From Octopus vulgaris (lineage: Eukaryota), in NCBI GenBank assembly GCA_951406725.2, contig OX597817.1, positions 5,208,001 to 5,272,000 of the forward strand: a stretch of 64,000 nt of DNA. The letters are read 5' to 3'. The first letter of the stretch is position 1, and each line of letters begins with the position of its first letter. Position numbers and translations under genes: made by a program. The notes beneath the pieces were generated by a model, which ran no database searches, was not told the DNA's origin, and saw only the letters and a list, made by a program, of their open reading frames with translations. This document shows positions 37,978-53,530 of the stretch, piece by piece.

Positions 37978-38413
37978 GGATCTCTTCGGTTTGAACGGCA
38001 GTTTTTTTTTAATAATTTCCACGTAACTAAACACTTTTAAAATTCATATACTGGTAGAACAGGTTTATAAAACATCTTTTTCTCTTGGCTTTATTGAGAA
38101 AATTCTATAGTTTGTAAGATATTTGTTGTTGTTTTTTCTTCAATTTCTGCAATTTCAACCAATCAATGACGTCTATTTGAGGTGAAAAACATTCTGTGCC
38201 GTATGAATATGTCCCTCGTTTAAGAAACAGATTGGGTTTATTTACATTTTTGAAGAAAAAGAGATAACTTTCCTCCCTCCCTAACCCTAACCCTAAGTAA
38301 CCCTAACCCCAAAACAGATTGAAATGCAATAGATCGATACTAGGGTCATAATTATGGGTGACAATTTCATATGAAACCGCTAGAAAAAACTGCCGTTCAA
38401 ACCGAATAGATCC
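37978..38413. mobile_element. MITE with ~30 bp terminal inverted repeats and internal (CCCTAA) repeats
   Basis: ggatctcttcggtttgaacggcagtttttt ... aaaaaactgccgttcaaaccgaatagatcc. Confidence 0.85.
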
Positions 38414-38556
38414 TAGAAATGGACTATATGAGGTCTAAAATACCCCCAAACACTCTGATATGAGAACGGTTTCTCAATGGCACTTTAAGAGTTGAAGCGC
38501 AAGGCAAGGTATAGATCTATGCATTTTTCTGTCTTTATATATATATATATAAGTGA

Positions 38557-38932
38557 AGGCGCCATGACCAAGTGGTTAAGGAAGCGGATTCGTTGTTGTA
38601 GGATCGTGGTTTCGATTCCCAGACCGGGCGTTGTGAGTGTTTATTGATTGAAAACACCTAAAGATCCATGAGGCTCCAGCAGGAGGTGTTGGCGAACCCT
38701 GCTCTACTCCTCCACCACAACTTTCTCTCACTCATTCTTCCTTTTTCTGTTGTAACTGTATTTCAAAGGTCAGCCTTGTTACACTCTGTGTTGCGCTGAA
38801 TCTTCCCGAGAATTACGTTAAGGTTACACGTGCCTGTGAAGTGCTCAGCCACTTGCACGTTGATTTCAAGAACAGGCTGGCCCGTTGATCGGATCAACAG
38901 GAATCCGCGTCGTCGTAACCGACGGAGTGCCA
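38557..38932 (+). mobile_element. Full-length SINE family C
   Basis: tRNA-like head ggcgccatgaccaagtggttaag..ggtttcgattccc; tail gtcgtaaccgacggagtgcc. Confidence 0.85.
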
Positions 38933-38937
38933 TGATA

Positions 38938-39007
<70 letters not shown>

Positions 39008-39030
39008 CATACATACATACATACATAATC

Positions 39031-39137
39031 TGTCAAGAGTGGGATTCGAACCCACGTCCATATTAATGGACCAGAATACTCAATGTCCTGCTTATGGTGC
39101 CATTTATGCACCTTGAGTTTGAAGCCTTAGACCGCTC
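39031..39137 (-). pseudogene. Intron-containing tRNA-Leu(CAA) pseudogene lacking the 5' acceptor strand
   Basis: Minus strand: gagcggtctaaggc ttcaaa ct CAA g [35-nt intron 39077-39111] ttctggtccattaatatggac gtgggttcgaatcccac tcttgaca. D arm, long variable arm, T arm and 3' acceptor match eukaryotic Leu-CAA; first ~12 nt absent; anticodon stem mismatched. Confidence 0.85.
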
Positions 39138-39242
39138 ATTTCACGTATGCAAAAACAGGCACAACAACAATCCAACATACTTCCATCATCGGCTGCCTCA
39201 CGGTTATCATTACGCTTTCGACACCATATCTATCTATATCTA

Positions 39243-39328
<86 letters not shown>

Positions 39329-39454
39329 TAGAGAGATAGATAGAGATATAGATATATACATATGTATGTATGTATGTTTGTATGTATGTATGTATGTAAG
39401 TATGTATGTATGTGTGTGTATGTATGTATGCATGCATGTATGATTGTATGCATA

Positions 39455-39813
39455 GGCGCAGGCGTGACTGTGTGGTAAGAAGCTTGTTCTCCGACCGCAT
39501 GGTTCCGTGTTGCTTTCGACTGCGTGGCACCTTTTGGCAAGTGTATTTTACTATAGCCTCGGGTTGACCAAAGGCCTGTGAGTGGATTTGGTAGAGGGAA
39601 ACTGAAAGAAACCCGTCGTATATATATATATATATATATATACCACGGTATTTGTATCTGTGTTTCTCCACCACCATTGCTTGACAACCGAAGTTCGCGT
39701 GTTTACGTTCCCGTAACTTAGCGATTCGGCAAAAGAAACTTACAGGATTAAGTACTAGGCTTACAAAGGATAAATCCTGGGGTCGTTTGTTCCACTAAAC
39801 ACTGTACTCCAGC
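39455..39813 (+). mobile_element. SINE family B
   Basis: Head ggcgcaggcgtgactgtgtggtaag; body as in the 25751 copy. Confidence 0.85.
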
Positions 39814-40894
39814 GTTTATATGCTGATGTAAAAGCAGCTGCTAATAGATCTTATCCCACCATTTATATTATATTTTTGTGTTTTTGTCATCAGAATGATG
39901 TCAGACTGTTTGTACGCTTATCTTGTTTGCATTTATTTTATTGAACTCGAATCGGCTGATTGAGTTTTAACATAAACGAACTCCAGTCTATACATCTTGA
40001 AGACTGGCACCAACACACATTTATGATGTGTGTGTACATGTGGGTGACCGTACGCACGGTGAGCTACCAAACAGGCTTCGAGTAACAAATCCTATTTACA
40101 ATTCGTTGGTCAAGATACCGCACAAGATCGAACTTGGAGACATCTGGGTCCTAAATGAACTGATTTACCACACATGCATATACACACGTGCAGAGACACG
40201 TACACACACACGCGCGCGTTTGCGCACACACACATACGCACACATACAATAACACACACATAGTTCGAACATATGTGTGTGCGTGTAGAATAGAGCTTGT
40301 GTTAGTACCTGTGCGTGTCTACGTGTGAATATGTGTATAATGTAAGAATATGTTCGTTAAGAATGTGTGAGTGTGTGTGTGCGTGCTTGTGTGTATGCTT
40401 AAATGTGTGAAGATGTATGCGTGAACGGAAGATTTGCTAAAGAGTAGGAGGAGATGTGAGTGTGAGGGGAAGACAGGGGAGGAGAAATAGAGAAAGAGTA
40501 AAAGGAAAGAGAGAAACAAAGAAATAAAGATGTGTAAGCGAGGGGGAATCGTTGATAGTAGAAAAGAAAGAGTGACGTAGGGGTTGCCAAACGGAATATA
40601 GAAGGAGAGTGAGGGGGAGGAAGGTGATGAAGGAGAGATGAATCAACGAGGCGGATGAGGAGTGTCACCGCTTTATCCCTCCCCTAAACGCACTATCCTT
40701 GTCTACAGTTCTGGTAAGAGACGCAAAGTGCCAAATCGGAGGTGGAGAAGAAGAAAGAGTTAGAAAGATAAACAGCAAGGAATACAAGGTTTCAATGAGT
40801 GGAGAAAAGAAGAAAGGAAGACGTAGACAGAGTGTATATATATATATATATGTATACACGCACATATTCATACATACTTATATACACATATATT

Positions 40895-40941
<47 letters not shown>

Positions 40942-41033
40942 ATACATATGTGTGTATGAATGTATGTGGACATATATGAATATATTTATTTATATCTTAT
41001 ATATATATATGTATATGCATGTATGCATGTATG

Positions 41034-41106
<73 letters not shown>

Positions 41107-41223
41107 CTGTTTGTGCGTGTGTGTGTGTATACATGCATATATGCAAACACACAACACAACAGACATAAAGCTATGCGCGCGTGTGTTCCTGTATGTTTGT
41201 ATGTGTGTGTGTGCGTGTGTGTG

Positions 41224-41263
<40 letters not shown>

Positions 41264-42210
41264 CCTGTCTGTTTCGAGAGATAGAGAGACCGATAGACAG
41301 GTAGATAGAGCGACAGATACATAGATAGATAGATGCACGAAGCTAGGTTACAGTGAACTTGACTTTGTCGTCTGCTGATGCTGTGACAAAAATAGTTGTA
41401 GCGATGAAAGAGAGGAAGGGTGGGAGGATGAAAGGGAAAAGGAGAAGAGTAACAGCATGAAATTAAAGAGAAAGTAGGAGGAGAATGGAAGTGCATAGAT
41501 CGTTGCTGGAGTTATGGTAAGAGGACAGGTAAAAACGAAATAATGAGAGTGGGGTGTAGGAATTATGATATGCAGAAAAAGACAAATAAAAAGGCGAAAC
41601 AGAGAAGCAAGAAATGAAGAAACATAGAGAACGTGGGAGTGAGTATTTCGAAACGAGAGGGGAAGTGTGAGAGGAAGAGAAAAGAAGGCAAAAGGAGAAA
41701 CGAGAAAGGAGTTAATAGACGTAAATGATAATGATTGTGGGAGGATCCCCCTCTCTATTTTTTTCTATATGTGAGGTAAGAGGTAGCATTAAAAGTGGGA
41801 GAAATGCTTAAGAGTTGTTCTGTAGAGGTGGGAGGAAACTACCGAGGGTGACGGTAAGAGAAGAAATTGAATCATAGAAGATAGTAATATGATAATGTAA
41901 GTGATGGTGTGAACAATGTAGAAAGAGGGTGATTGTGATGAAAAATGTGTGAAACAGAGCAGAGACGGGAGGGGGGGGAAATGATATTAGAAAGTAAGAA
42001 AGTACAAGAGAAGAAGAGGGTTCCAGTCAATTTTTCTTTTGTTTTCCTTGCTTTTTTTTTCTGTAGACGTTTTAATTAAGCAGACGATAGGAACGAAATA
42101 GTGATTGAATTGGTCTGCGCGCGCATCCTCAAACTTTTACGACATCTAAAGTGTTTACGTACGCATGCGCTGTAATGTGTGTGTGTGAGCGTGTGCGTGT
42201 GAGCGTGTGC

Positions 42211-42246
<36 letters not shown>

Positions 42247-42273
42247 GTGTGTTTGTGTGTGTGTGTGTGTGTG

Positions 42274-42392
<119 letters not shown>

Positions 42393-42600
42393 GTTTTTGT
42401 ACACATTGATGACCGGCAGTTTTGAAACTTGATTTTGTAAACGTGCGTGATAGCATGCGTGCTGTGTGCGCATCAATGTGTATCTTGAAATATTCTGTCA
42501 TCTTTTTTGAAGTGTTTTTCTTATGTGTACGTTTTCAGTGTATATTTTTCGTATGTCCATAAATAAATACACACAAACATATGGAAACATATACATACGA

Positions 42601-42812
42601 GGCGCAATGGCCTAGTGGTTAGGGCAGCGGACTCGCGGTCGCAGGATCGCGGTTTCGATTCTCAGACCGGGCGTTGTGTGTGTTTATTGAGCGAAAACAC
42701 CTAAAAGCTCTACGAGGCTCCGGCAGGGGGTGGTGATCCCTGCTGTACTCTTTCACCACAATGGCGGTGCCCCAGCATGGCCACAGCTCAAGAGCTGAAA
42801 CTGGAAAAACAA
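42601..42812 (+). mobile_element. Chimeric SINE: family C head + family B tail
   Basis: ggcgcaatggcctagtggttag..tactctttcacca joined to ggcggtgccccagcatggccacag..ctgaaac; same arrangement at 58551-58764 (minus). Confidence 0.8.
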
Positions 42813-44184
42813 AAAAAAACAAAAACATACACACACACATACACACGAATGCGAGCAAGTGCATGTGTGTGCTGCGTATGTTAGTGTACATGTGTTACAA
42901 GTTGTGGCTTGCAAACAAAATAGATTGCATTAGCAATTCCGTTATTACTCCTATGTATAAACGAGTGTGTTTGTGTCCTTATAAACATTTTCACGATGTG
43001 TGACTGTGCTTGTATACATTTGTATACACATGTTTGTATTTGCTTATAATTACATGACAATACATAGGTCTCTGAAAGAGCCCTCTGCAGTAACGTTTGT
43101 GTAAGGATGATGTTTATTTGTGTTAATGACATCATTCGTATGTATCTTATGGGAGCGTATTGTGTACATATGTACGTTTCTGTTGGGAATATATAAGTGA
43201 AAAGGAGTTATGTTAGAATGTTTGATTTTCAAAATCTTTGGACACTCGATAGTGGGAATCGATAAAAAAAAAAAAACAGTGAAATAGCCGAGAGATTTGT
43301 AATTCGTCTCCTGATGCCGGAATTAGCGAAGTGCATATGACAACGACACTTAGTTCTTAAGATTCTAGTTTATATTGGTGAAATGAATAAAGCAGCGTGT
43401 GCAAAATTCACAGCTGCGAGCAGTGGTAACATCATGAAATTGAAGAGTGTTTCATTGGCTTCCATTATTCATTTCACACCTGACTTTGGGAAAATAGAGT
43501 GAGAGATACACTTACATAAAAAAATTTAGGTTACATTTGTCTCTCCTCATCTCATCTGCTAATTCCATGTGAACGAAGCTTAGCCACTGGAAAATTTGTC
43601 GTTATTTTCTGGCACCAGCTCAATCTCAAGCCGAGAAAATCTATGAGCAAAGGAAAATTATTTTGACAATTTAGTTTTTTACCCTAAGTAATGAGAATCC
43701 AGTAACACTTTATTAAATATGTTCTTTTTTGAGATAGCGGAGAGGAATTTGAATGAGAGATGTCTTAACCATTTCATGCGGGTCAAGTAACCTCATAATC
43801 AAACCAGTGATCATATTTGATTGCAAATTACAAATCCATGAAGAGTTTGGCTTAAGCACAACGACTCGGATTTTAGTGAGAAAGGTATGATCATTTATAA
43901 CGATCATGGCATTTCACCAGTACTTTATATAATCGACTCTTGAAGGTTGTAAGGAAAACAAAACAGTAGGACTTGAGCACAAAATGTAGCGCGACATAAC
44001 TATATATCAACCCCGCCATATTATCCTCTCTAAATTGTTCTAGGATATTGTTTTTTGAGAAACTAGAAAGTTGAAAATAGAGTAATTTCGGTTAATGAAT
44101 GAAGAGTATAATCAAATGAATTATAATAACCATAAAACCGTATCTTGTATTTCACAATTTCTATACCTGTCAAACGTCTTAGGA

Positions 44185-44336
44185 TGTATAGTAAGAAGTT
44201 GCTTTTCCAAACACATAGCTCCGGATTCAGTCTCACTGCGTGGCGCCTTGGGCAAGTGTCTTTTAATATGGCCTCGAGCCGACAAAAACCTTATGAATTG
44301 ATTTGGTAGACGGTAACTGAAAGAAGCCCGTCGTTT

Positions 44337-44412
<76 letters not shown>

Positions 44413-44519
44413 TGTGTGCTGTGTGTGTTTGTCCCCAACCATCACTTGACAACCGGTGCTGGTGTGCTTATGTCCCCGTAACTTAACCGTTCGGAAAAGT
44501 GGGCCGATCGAATAAGTAC
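44185..44519 (+). mobile_element. SINE family B, 3'-truncated
   Basis: Family B body with internal (GT)n. Confidence 0.82.
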
Positions 44520-44559
44520 GTAAAGTGTTTACGTACGCATGCGCTGTAATGTGTGTGTG

Positions 44560-44597
<38 letters not shown>

Positions 44598-45984
44598 TGT
44601 GTGTGCGAATTTATGACAATTAAAAGTTCAAAATATAAAGAGTTAAAATACCCTTCAACAGAGAATGGTTCTCGAATGATTCAATATGACTGAACAGATT
44701 GTAAAGGTAACTCATAGATTGAACATGAAATAGATTATAGAAGTAACACAGTTTGGATTAACTTTAAAATATGATTCACACATTATACCCCTTCGCTTAG
44801 CTGTAGGTAGATTTATCATTTAAATAAGATGGTTATCTAAAATACGGAAGTGAAAGTAGTCGTCAAATAAAATGGCGCACGACAGCAAACATTAAGCTAT
44901 AAAAAAAGGCACTACATTTTATGCAAAATTTGTAAGTTAATTTTAATTAAATTGCTGCTTAACATATTGAATATGACAGACGAAGCAAATCTGCTTATTT
45001 ACAAAATAAACAAAGTGCAAATTCTCGATCGTATTTTTCTGGGGCTAATATTGGATCCACAATGTATTTGAACATTGCTACCTCGGGAGAGGATCACGAA
45101 GTCTGACACACAAAATTTAAGTAGATATTATACAAACAGAAGAAAGTTATTTCCTTCTAAGTTGTTACCTTCTCTTTAAACTAGAATATATAATTTGATG
45201 ATTTGGGTGGGGATTAGGATATTTGTCACCCATAATTTAATTCTGCAATTTATGACCAGATAACGTAATTTTATAAAACGTAAATGAGGGTTATTTTCCA
45301 CTTAAGTTGTCTTTGTCTCCAATATGCTGGTTGAAGATTTAAGTGATATTAAGGGCTAGTATTAACCCTCAAATTTTACTCTTGTAGCGTGTGACTCGTA
45401 AATCTAATTCCTACAACAGCTAGAAGAGAGCTATCTCCAATTAAGCTGCCCATTCTTTCATAAACTTATAATTGATGTTCAGGGTTGTGTTCGGAAATTT
45501 GGCACTCGATTTGACACCTAAAATTTAAGTACGTTGTGCTTAAATATATTTCTTTCAGCACTGGAAATGAACGCAGTTCTGTTTACCATGTTGCTTCTCA
45601 TTAAAGGGAAAATCAACTTTATGATTTTAGAATTCACGATCTGTACGACATGAAATTGTTGAGGAAGTCCGACGCTTGAGTATGAAATTTCCACAGAGTT
45701 GCCTCCCTTAAGAAATATGTAAAATAGTTAATTCTGTAATGGAATCCCCACTCCTGCTCCTCTGCAGCAATGCTCTACTGCATTATGGAAAATAACCGTG
45801 ATACGAAACCAGAGCCATTTTTTTACACTTTCTCTTCTAAATAGTGGCACAAAACAAGAAGAGAAGTTAATTCGATTGCATCTATTCCGGTGCTCAATAG
45901 AGGTATTTAAGTTAATATATATGTATACATGCTTCGTGTGAGCTAAATTCAGATTGCCTGTCATTATAAAGATATTCAGAAATA

Positions 45985-46015
<31 letters not shown>

Positions 46016-46027
46016 CATACATGCAAA

Positions 46028-46069
<42 letters not shown>

Positions 46070-47216
46070 CTGAGTAGCATAGTTAGTATAGTACTCAGCA
46101 AATTTGAGTAATTTCCTCAATTTAGTTTGTACATTTTACTATACGATAAAAATTCGATATAGAAACATTAGTAAGAATCATATGAGACATAATTTTTAAT
46201 GGAAGAAAACACGTTTTTCATTTAAATGATAAAGAGAAAAAAGTGGGCAAGAATAAAATAAGTCAGATGAATAAATAAAATTAAATTTCTGAAACTGAAA
46301 TAGAGTTTAAAGGAAAACTGCAAGGAAGAACCTATTGATGGTAAATATATTTGATGAATATAAGTTGATACAGTGATATCTATAAACATATCATGTCTAT
46401 TTCATGAGTAAGTTAATTTAATGTTAGATATAGAAAGGTGGATCGAAACTGCCTTAAAAAGCGGATAGGTGTTGATGCACGTAGATGTGTTTCGTCTGTC
46501 AGTAGTGGTAAGATTTACTTACGCAATAAGTGTTTGTGGAAATGTCTACATTTTCCGAAAATCTCTGAACTAGCGTTTAAGCAGAAGATATAATTAAGTA
46601 CAATATCAAGCGTGAATATCTTTCGGCTGTGCTATTAAAGCAACAGTTATTTCTTTCCTTGTAATAACTCAGCCATTTCATAGTGTTGTAGTTAATAGTT
46701 TTCGTAGCTAACTGCAACTAAAATATCTTACCATATTAATCTTGTTCATGTTTTTATAAACGTAATAATCAATACAATATACTTGCTTCAGCTTCCCTTT
46801 GGTGTTGTCAATCTACATTTTTTGTACAATCTCGAAATCTGGCTTTGGTGAATTAACTCTGTTTTATAAATTACAACTTCTGAATTACTTGACTTTATCT
46901 ATGTCTATATACTAATATCATTAATGTAAAATAGGCTTCACTTTTGGAGGAATTTGTTATTTAGGCTGTCTAACTGAATCTTAATTGAAGAGAGTGCATA
47001 TTAGAAAAATAATTCTATATTTAGGTTAGCGGGAAAGTGATTTGCAATTAGATCTAGATAAGTTTTGGAGATATTAAATATAGAATTTGTTAAAAGTATT
47101 TAATCAACGCGAGAATGATTCACACCTCTTTTAAATTAAGCATTATGGAATTTGGTGGTATAAGTAATTTTAGTTTTCGAATCCAGAAATCTGTGTACGC
47201 GTGTGTGTATGTGTGC

Positions 47217-47270
<54 letters not shown>

Positions 47271-47493
47271 GTATGTAGGAGAAGCATATGCTGATGTAAG
47301 TTTGTGATAATAATAGTTATTGGAACTTTTATGCAAATTTGTGGTTGAGTTAAGCTAAGTCATATGACGTTCTATCAGATTGTGTCTGTAGCGATTATTA
47401 ATTTGAGATCGGATATACCCAAAGTACACATATAGCTTTTCTGTTAATATATCTAAATATTTTCCACTTGTTCATTTGGATATAGCTCAAGTG

Positions 47494-47554
<61 letters not shown>

Positions 47555-47702
47555 TGCAAAGAGTACTGAGTTAAATTTCATTATTAGTTCATCTAGAATA
47601 TATAATACTACATAATCACAATAATCACGTCTCCGAATGATTGTATACCACCATCCTTCAAGCCAAAATAATTTCAACTTGATGGGGTTTTTAAATTCAT
47701 TG

Positions 47703-47774
47703 TCAACAATCAGGGTTTTCCTGTTTATAACATTTACAACTTTGTTTTGTTGAATCGCTGTGAATTTTCAAAAT
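47703..47774 (-). CDS. Candidate terminal exon (phase 0) of an unidentified gene
   Basis: Acceptor catcttttcaactctactcttcag| ILKIHSDSTKQSCKCYKQENPDC*; phase-compatible with the donor at 51477. Confidence 0.42.
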   Translation of the reverse strand: MLKIHSDSTKQSCKCYKQENPDC

Positions 47775-48399
47775 CTGAAGAGTAGAGTTGAAAAGATGGA
47801 AGACTACAAGTTAAAAACGTAATATTCAATAAATAACATATTTATGTTTATTGTTAATGTTCTTGCGCCATGTAGTGAAAAATAAATTATTATTGCTGCA
47901 TTGTGAGATGCTGCTTATGCTCCCAAATTTTTTTGCTGACTAATCGAATCTAAGAAATCGAATGTGTTAGTTAGCACCCACACATTTAGTTGGCATTTTC
48001 CATTTTATGATTTTCTATTATATTTTATTTCACTTTATCTATTCACCACATTTATTTGTCATTTATATTGTGGTTTCCGATTTTAATTTTCTATCTCTAC
48101 CTTTTACATAGAAGTGGATATTGATTATTTATATATTAATATCTTTATATAAAATTCCTTCTTAATGCCAGCGGAAAAGGATTTTCAAATATTTATGTCA
48201 TAACATATAAGCATCATTTCATTACACAGGTTATGTATAGTAAATGTCTTATTAAGCACTACTTATGACATAAAATTCAGAGCTACTAATGTATAATCAA
48301 TAGTTTGTTCATGCATACAAATATACATACATACCTACACACGCATATTTCACATTTATATAATATTATATATGCATATAAAACACAGAAAACACAAGA

Positions 48400-50021
48400 T
48401 GATGGTCGTGAACCCCCTCCATTTGATAGATCGGTACCTCCAATGCTTCGATTGGTCATCACGCGGGATGAAGTCAAACGTGTTATTCAAGGCCTCGATG
48501 TCAACAAGGGTCACGGCCCTGACGGCATACACCCACGGGTTATCAAAGCGTTGGCTCCGGTCATCTGCGAACCCTTAACACGACTATTCAATATGTCATT
48601 GGCGACGGGTGTTATACCTGCAGACTGGAGAACAGCGATAATCTGCCCAATTTTCAAGAAAGGGAGCCGCGAAGACCCGCTTAACTACCGACCGGTTTCC
48701 CTTACATCAATAATCAGCAAGATGTTCGAAACCATCCTTAAGTAAAGTATGATGCTCCACCTCCTAAACACAGCCTCGATCACTGATTCCCAACACGGCT
48801 TCGTGCCGAAGAGATCATGCTTGACCAACTTACTAGTAATGGAAGAATTGGTGACGCGCATCCTCGATGATAGTGATGCTGTTGACATCGTTTTATTGGA
48901 CTTTGCCAAAGCTTTTGACTCGGTAAACCACCGCCTACTACTTGTCAAGCTTCAAGCATATAGTTTCCATCCGGATATTGTACGATAGGTTGGTGCCTTC
49001 CTCTCAGATCGCTCCTTCCAAGTTCAAGTTAATGGTTCGCGGTCCGACGTCTCCAGTGCGAGCAGTGGCGTGCCTCAAGGTTCAGTGCTTGGGCCCTTGT
49101 TGTTCTTAGTCTTCATAAATGACTTGCCCGACGACCTCACGCAGCATACCCTTCTATTTGCCGACGATATCAAACTGGTCGCTCCTCGCGGTAGTATAGA
49201 GGATCTTCGTCGATGCCTCCACCAAATTTGGAAGTGGTCTAACGATTGGGACCTGTGTCTGAACGTGTCAAAGAGCTGTCATCTGCCTGTCGGCTCTACT
49301 CCTGCAACTCAACTTGATTTCGAGCCGGGTTGTCTGCTGCTGGAGAGGACCGATCAGGTAAAGGACCTGGGTATCTTGGTGGATTCCTCCTTTTCGCCTT
49401 CGGCCCAGTGCGTCCATGCTGCCAACAAAGCGCGCGGAATTCTGTTTTTGATTCGACGGTCATTCGGAATGCTCACAGCAGCCATATTCCTACCACTCTA
49501 TGTCACGCTGGTGAGACACATATTGGAGTATGGGATTCAAGCCTCTTCTCCTTATCTCCTCAAAGACATACAGCATCTCGAAAGAGTCCAGAGGCTGGCT
49601 ACCCGCATGGTTCATGGTCTCAAACATTTGTCCTACGAAGAAAGGCTGAGGACGCTCGACCTTTATTCTCTTGAAAAACGCCGCCGCCGTGGTGATCTCA
49701 TTCTCGCCCACAACATCATAAGCGGGAAGTGTAACCTCTCGAAAGAGCTGTTCTTCACTCCTGCTCCGGAGCGTCGGCTGTGGGGTCATTCCGAAAAGCT
49801 CTACCTGCGACGATTTCATCTCAATCGAAGGAGAGGAGCTTTCTCCGTCCGGGTTGCGGATCCGTGGAACAAGCTGCCAGACGAGATGGTGAAGATGCCG
49901 ACGACCGCTTTGTTCAAAGCCTCCCTGGACCTCAAGTGGCCTGAACTCTTTACATGAACACCACCCTGTACTTAACTCCATGTCCCCCTACATGGCCTTG
50001 CTATTTGCTTTTGAGCCAAAT

Positions 50022-50053
<32 letters not shown>
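48400..50053 (+). mobile_element. 5'-truncated CR1-group LINE, RT region with two in-frame stops and a (TAAC)n tail
   Basis: GPDGIHP, NYRPVSLTS, QHGF, LDFAKAFDSV, GVPQGSVLGP, LFADD, KDLG, LERVQR, RR.RGDL, WNKLP; stops at 48743-48745 and 48986-48988; tail about 50022-50053. Confidence 0.93.
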
Positions 50054-50079
50054 ACATCACACACACCATATATATATAT

Positions 50080-51174
<1,095 letters not shown>

Positions 51175-51477
51175 ATAAACCCGATGAACGGATTTTATTG
51201 TATGTCTACAAATTTTACTTTAAAAGTTTGTCTGTGATGCTTATACATGCAGATAGGCATGTATACACAAGAAATATTCATAATAATATACAATATGTTA
51301 CATATAACCTCTCAAATCTTCAGGTTTCACTATAACTGAAAGAGGTAAATATATGCATATCCTGCTATGTTGAAAGTATCATAGCATATGGTGTGATGAC
51401 TATGGTATAACGTGAAGATTTGAGATATTCTTCATAACGTATTACAAGACATTATGAATATTTATATCTGTGCATAC

Positions 51478-51656
51478 CTCCTCCGTCAATGACGTTACGT
51501 CACGATAATATTTCTTAATGAAACATCTGTAGTCACACCATAAAACCCGTTCGTCTGCTTTACTATTATATTTCACCTTACCTAAAGTTCCGTGTACCGT
51601 TGAATTTTGCTGTATATTAGACACCAGTGAATCTCCTTTCATCGATGCATGCCCCG
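51478..51656 (-). CDS. Candidate internal coding exon (phase 1 to 0)
   Basis: Acceptor cttttcttttag|, donor GAG|gtatgc, 179-nt open frame GHASMKGD...VLWCDYRCFIKKYYRDVTSLTEE; alternative internal donor TAG|gtaagg after 51582. Confidence 0.5.
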
Positions 51657-52579
51657 CTAAAAGAAAAGTCTGTTTTATCTATTGATTTGTGTCATACTGT
51701 CTAGCCATCATAAGTGGCCTGATTCACTTTGATCTGCCTCGATCTATAGAATAATTCCCCATAAAATCTGTATATATAAATTTATAAAAGTTAGCATCAT
51801 GCATATTTCCTTAATCTCTTGTATCAGAAATTGAACATTTCTCTTTAATATTTCCCTCAAAAGTCATGAGGTTCGACCTCAAAATATTTCTTCTATTTAT
51901 ATGATTATCATATAAATATTTATAGATTTGAGGCTAAGTAGTTATCTGATGGTGATCCCATTAAAATTCAGAGAGTTTCGTACATTTGCCTAAAAAGTAA
52001 CTGTTTTTCGGCACATTTATCTGTGCCGCAGATTTTATATGCTATTATAAATTGAACAACCGATACTGCTCGTCACAGACGGATTCCGTTCTTTATACTC
52101 AGCCAAAAGGAGACATATTCTTGGAAGATTTGCTCTGCTGAAGATTTATATCTCACACATTATCATTTTCAATAAAATCTTCAACAGCATTTTCATTCTC
52201 AGTTCGTTTTGCATGTCTCTAACATCCTGTCCTTTTTTTTTGTCGCTGTTATGTGCTATCATCTATTAAAAGTTCGACTTATGTTTTTGCTGCATGACCA
52301 GTGTGATTCCACTGCTTCTCCCTTATTTTTCCTGCAGCATCCAGGGAGCGAATCCTTAGTTCCCAAATGGAATCTGATATGCGGGAAACTTTCCGTAAAG
52401 TTCTAATTTGATAGGCTATTGTTACTGGGAAAGAAAGCTCATTAAAGAATGATAATACATGTCTAAGTACATACGTCTATGTATATGTATATGCTTGTGC
52501 TTGTGTGTTAATGAGGTTACAATTACACACACATACACGTATGCACGCACTCACACACACACATACATACATACATACA

Positions 52580-52610
<31 letters not shown>

Positions 52611-53530
52611 TATAAAATGTTTGGAGGTGATGTACAGATAATATATATTAGAAAAAATAAGGTATTCAGATATCTGGATGGTTGTACATATACAAATATT
52701 TATTAACATGTCACATGTTTTTACAAATCTCATATAATCGCTTTCATCTACTCTAATTGATTCTTCAGATTTAAATTTTGTGAAGGGATTTGTCACTTTT
52801 TGCAGTATTAGTGAATGGGTTGGGGGAGGGGGAAAAGAGTAATGTGGAGTGTGTAGAGTAGGAAAAGAGGGAGAGGAATGGGGAGATAGTGGAGGGAGAA
52901 AGTGAGAGAGAGTGTGTGGATTTGTGTGTGTGTGCCTGTGTATCTGAAAGGAAGCGTTTTGAACAACAGACAAAGAGAAAAGGAAAAGAATATATATTTT
53001 AAGTAGGTGGCTAGAACAGATGCTTACTTTGGTTCAGCCAGCTCACTTGGGAGTCTGAAAGAAAAATGTTTTCTTGGTGAAAAAATGTGTTTTTTTTTAA
53101 TGTCAATGGAAAAGAGAATGGAAAAGAAAGAGAATGGAAAAGGAAGAAAGAAAGAAGAAAAAACGTGTTTATATCTATAGTGTTGGTCAGTTGTTTCAAT
53201 AGAAGATGACAAGTTGATTCTTGGTCTGTATAAATGACAAGACCAGGTGGTTACTCGAAGGCGGGGGCTGCTTTGATGAGGAATAATGATAGCTATTTTT
53301 CAAAAAATTGTCCGGACTTATTATCATCATCATCATCATCATCATTGTCCAATGCTTGATTCTCATGCTGGTATGGGTTGGAAAATATGGATGCAAATAT
53401 ATATATATGCGTACATATACATATGATTGCATTTATAGCACTAATAAAGTGAAGAGCACAAGTAAAAGGAGTAACATTAGTAAAAGGTAAATTATACCTA
53501 ACCACTTTAATATAATAACCACTTTAATAT

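Noticed and set aside
38279-38310. Interstitial telomere (CCCTAA)n
   Set aside because: Only a few imperfect units, internal to a MITE.
42601-42672. tRNA gene
   Set aside because: tRNA-like SINE head that continues into a SINE body and is repeated elsewhere.
49330-49981. Overlapping alternative-frame and antisense ORFs in the CR1-group LINE
   Set aside because: By-products of GC-rich RT coding sequence.
52050-52425. Possible minus-strand exon behind a strong acceptor
   Set aside because: Peptide IREKQWNHTGHAA and the downstream EYVSFW resemble a decayed RTE LINE 3' end; contains stops.
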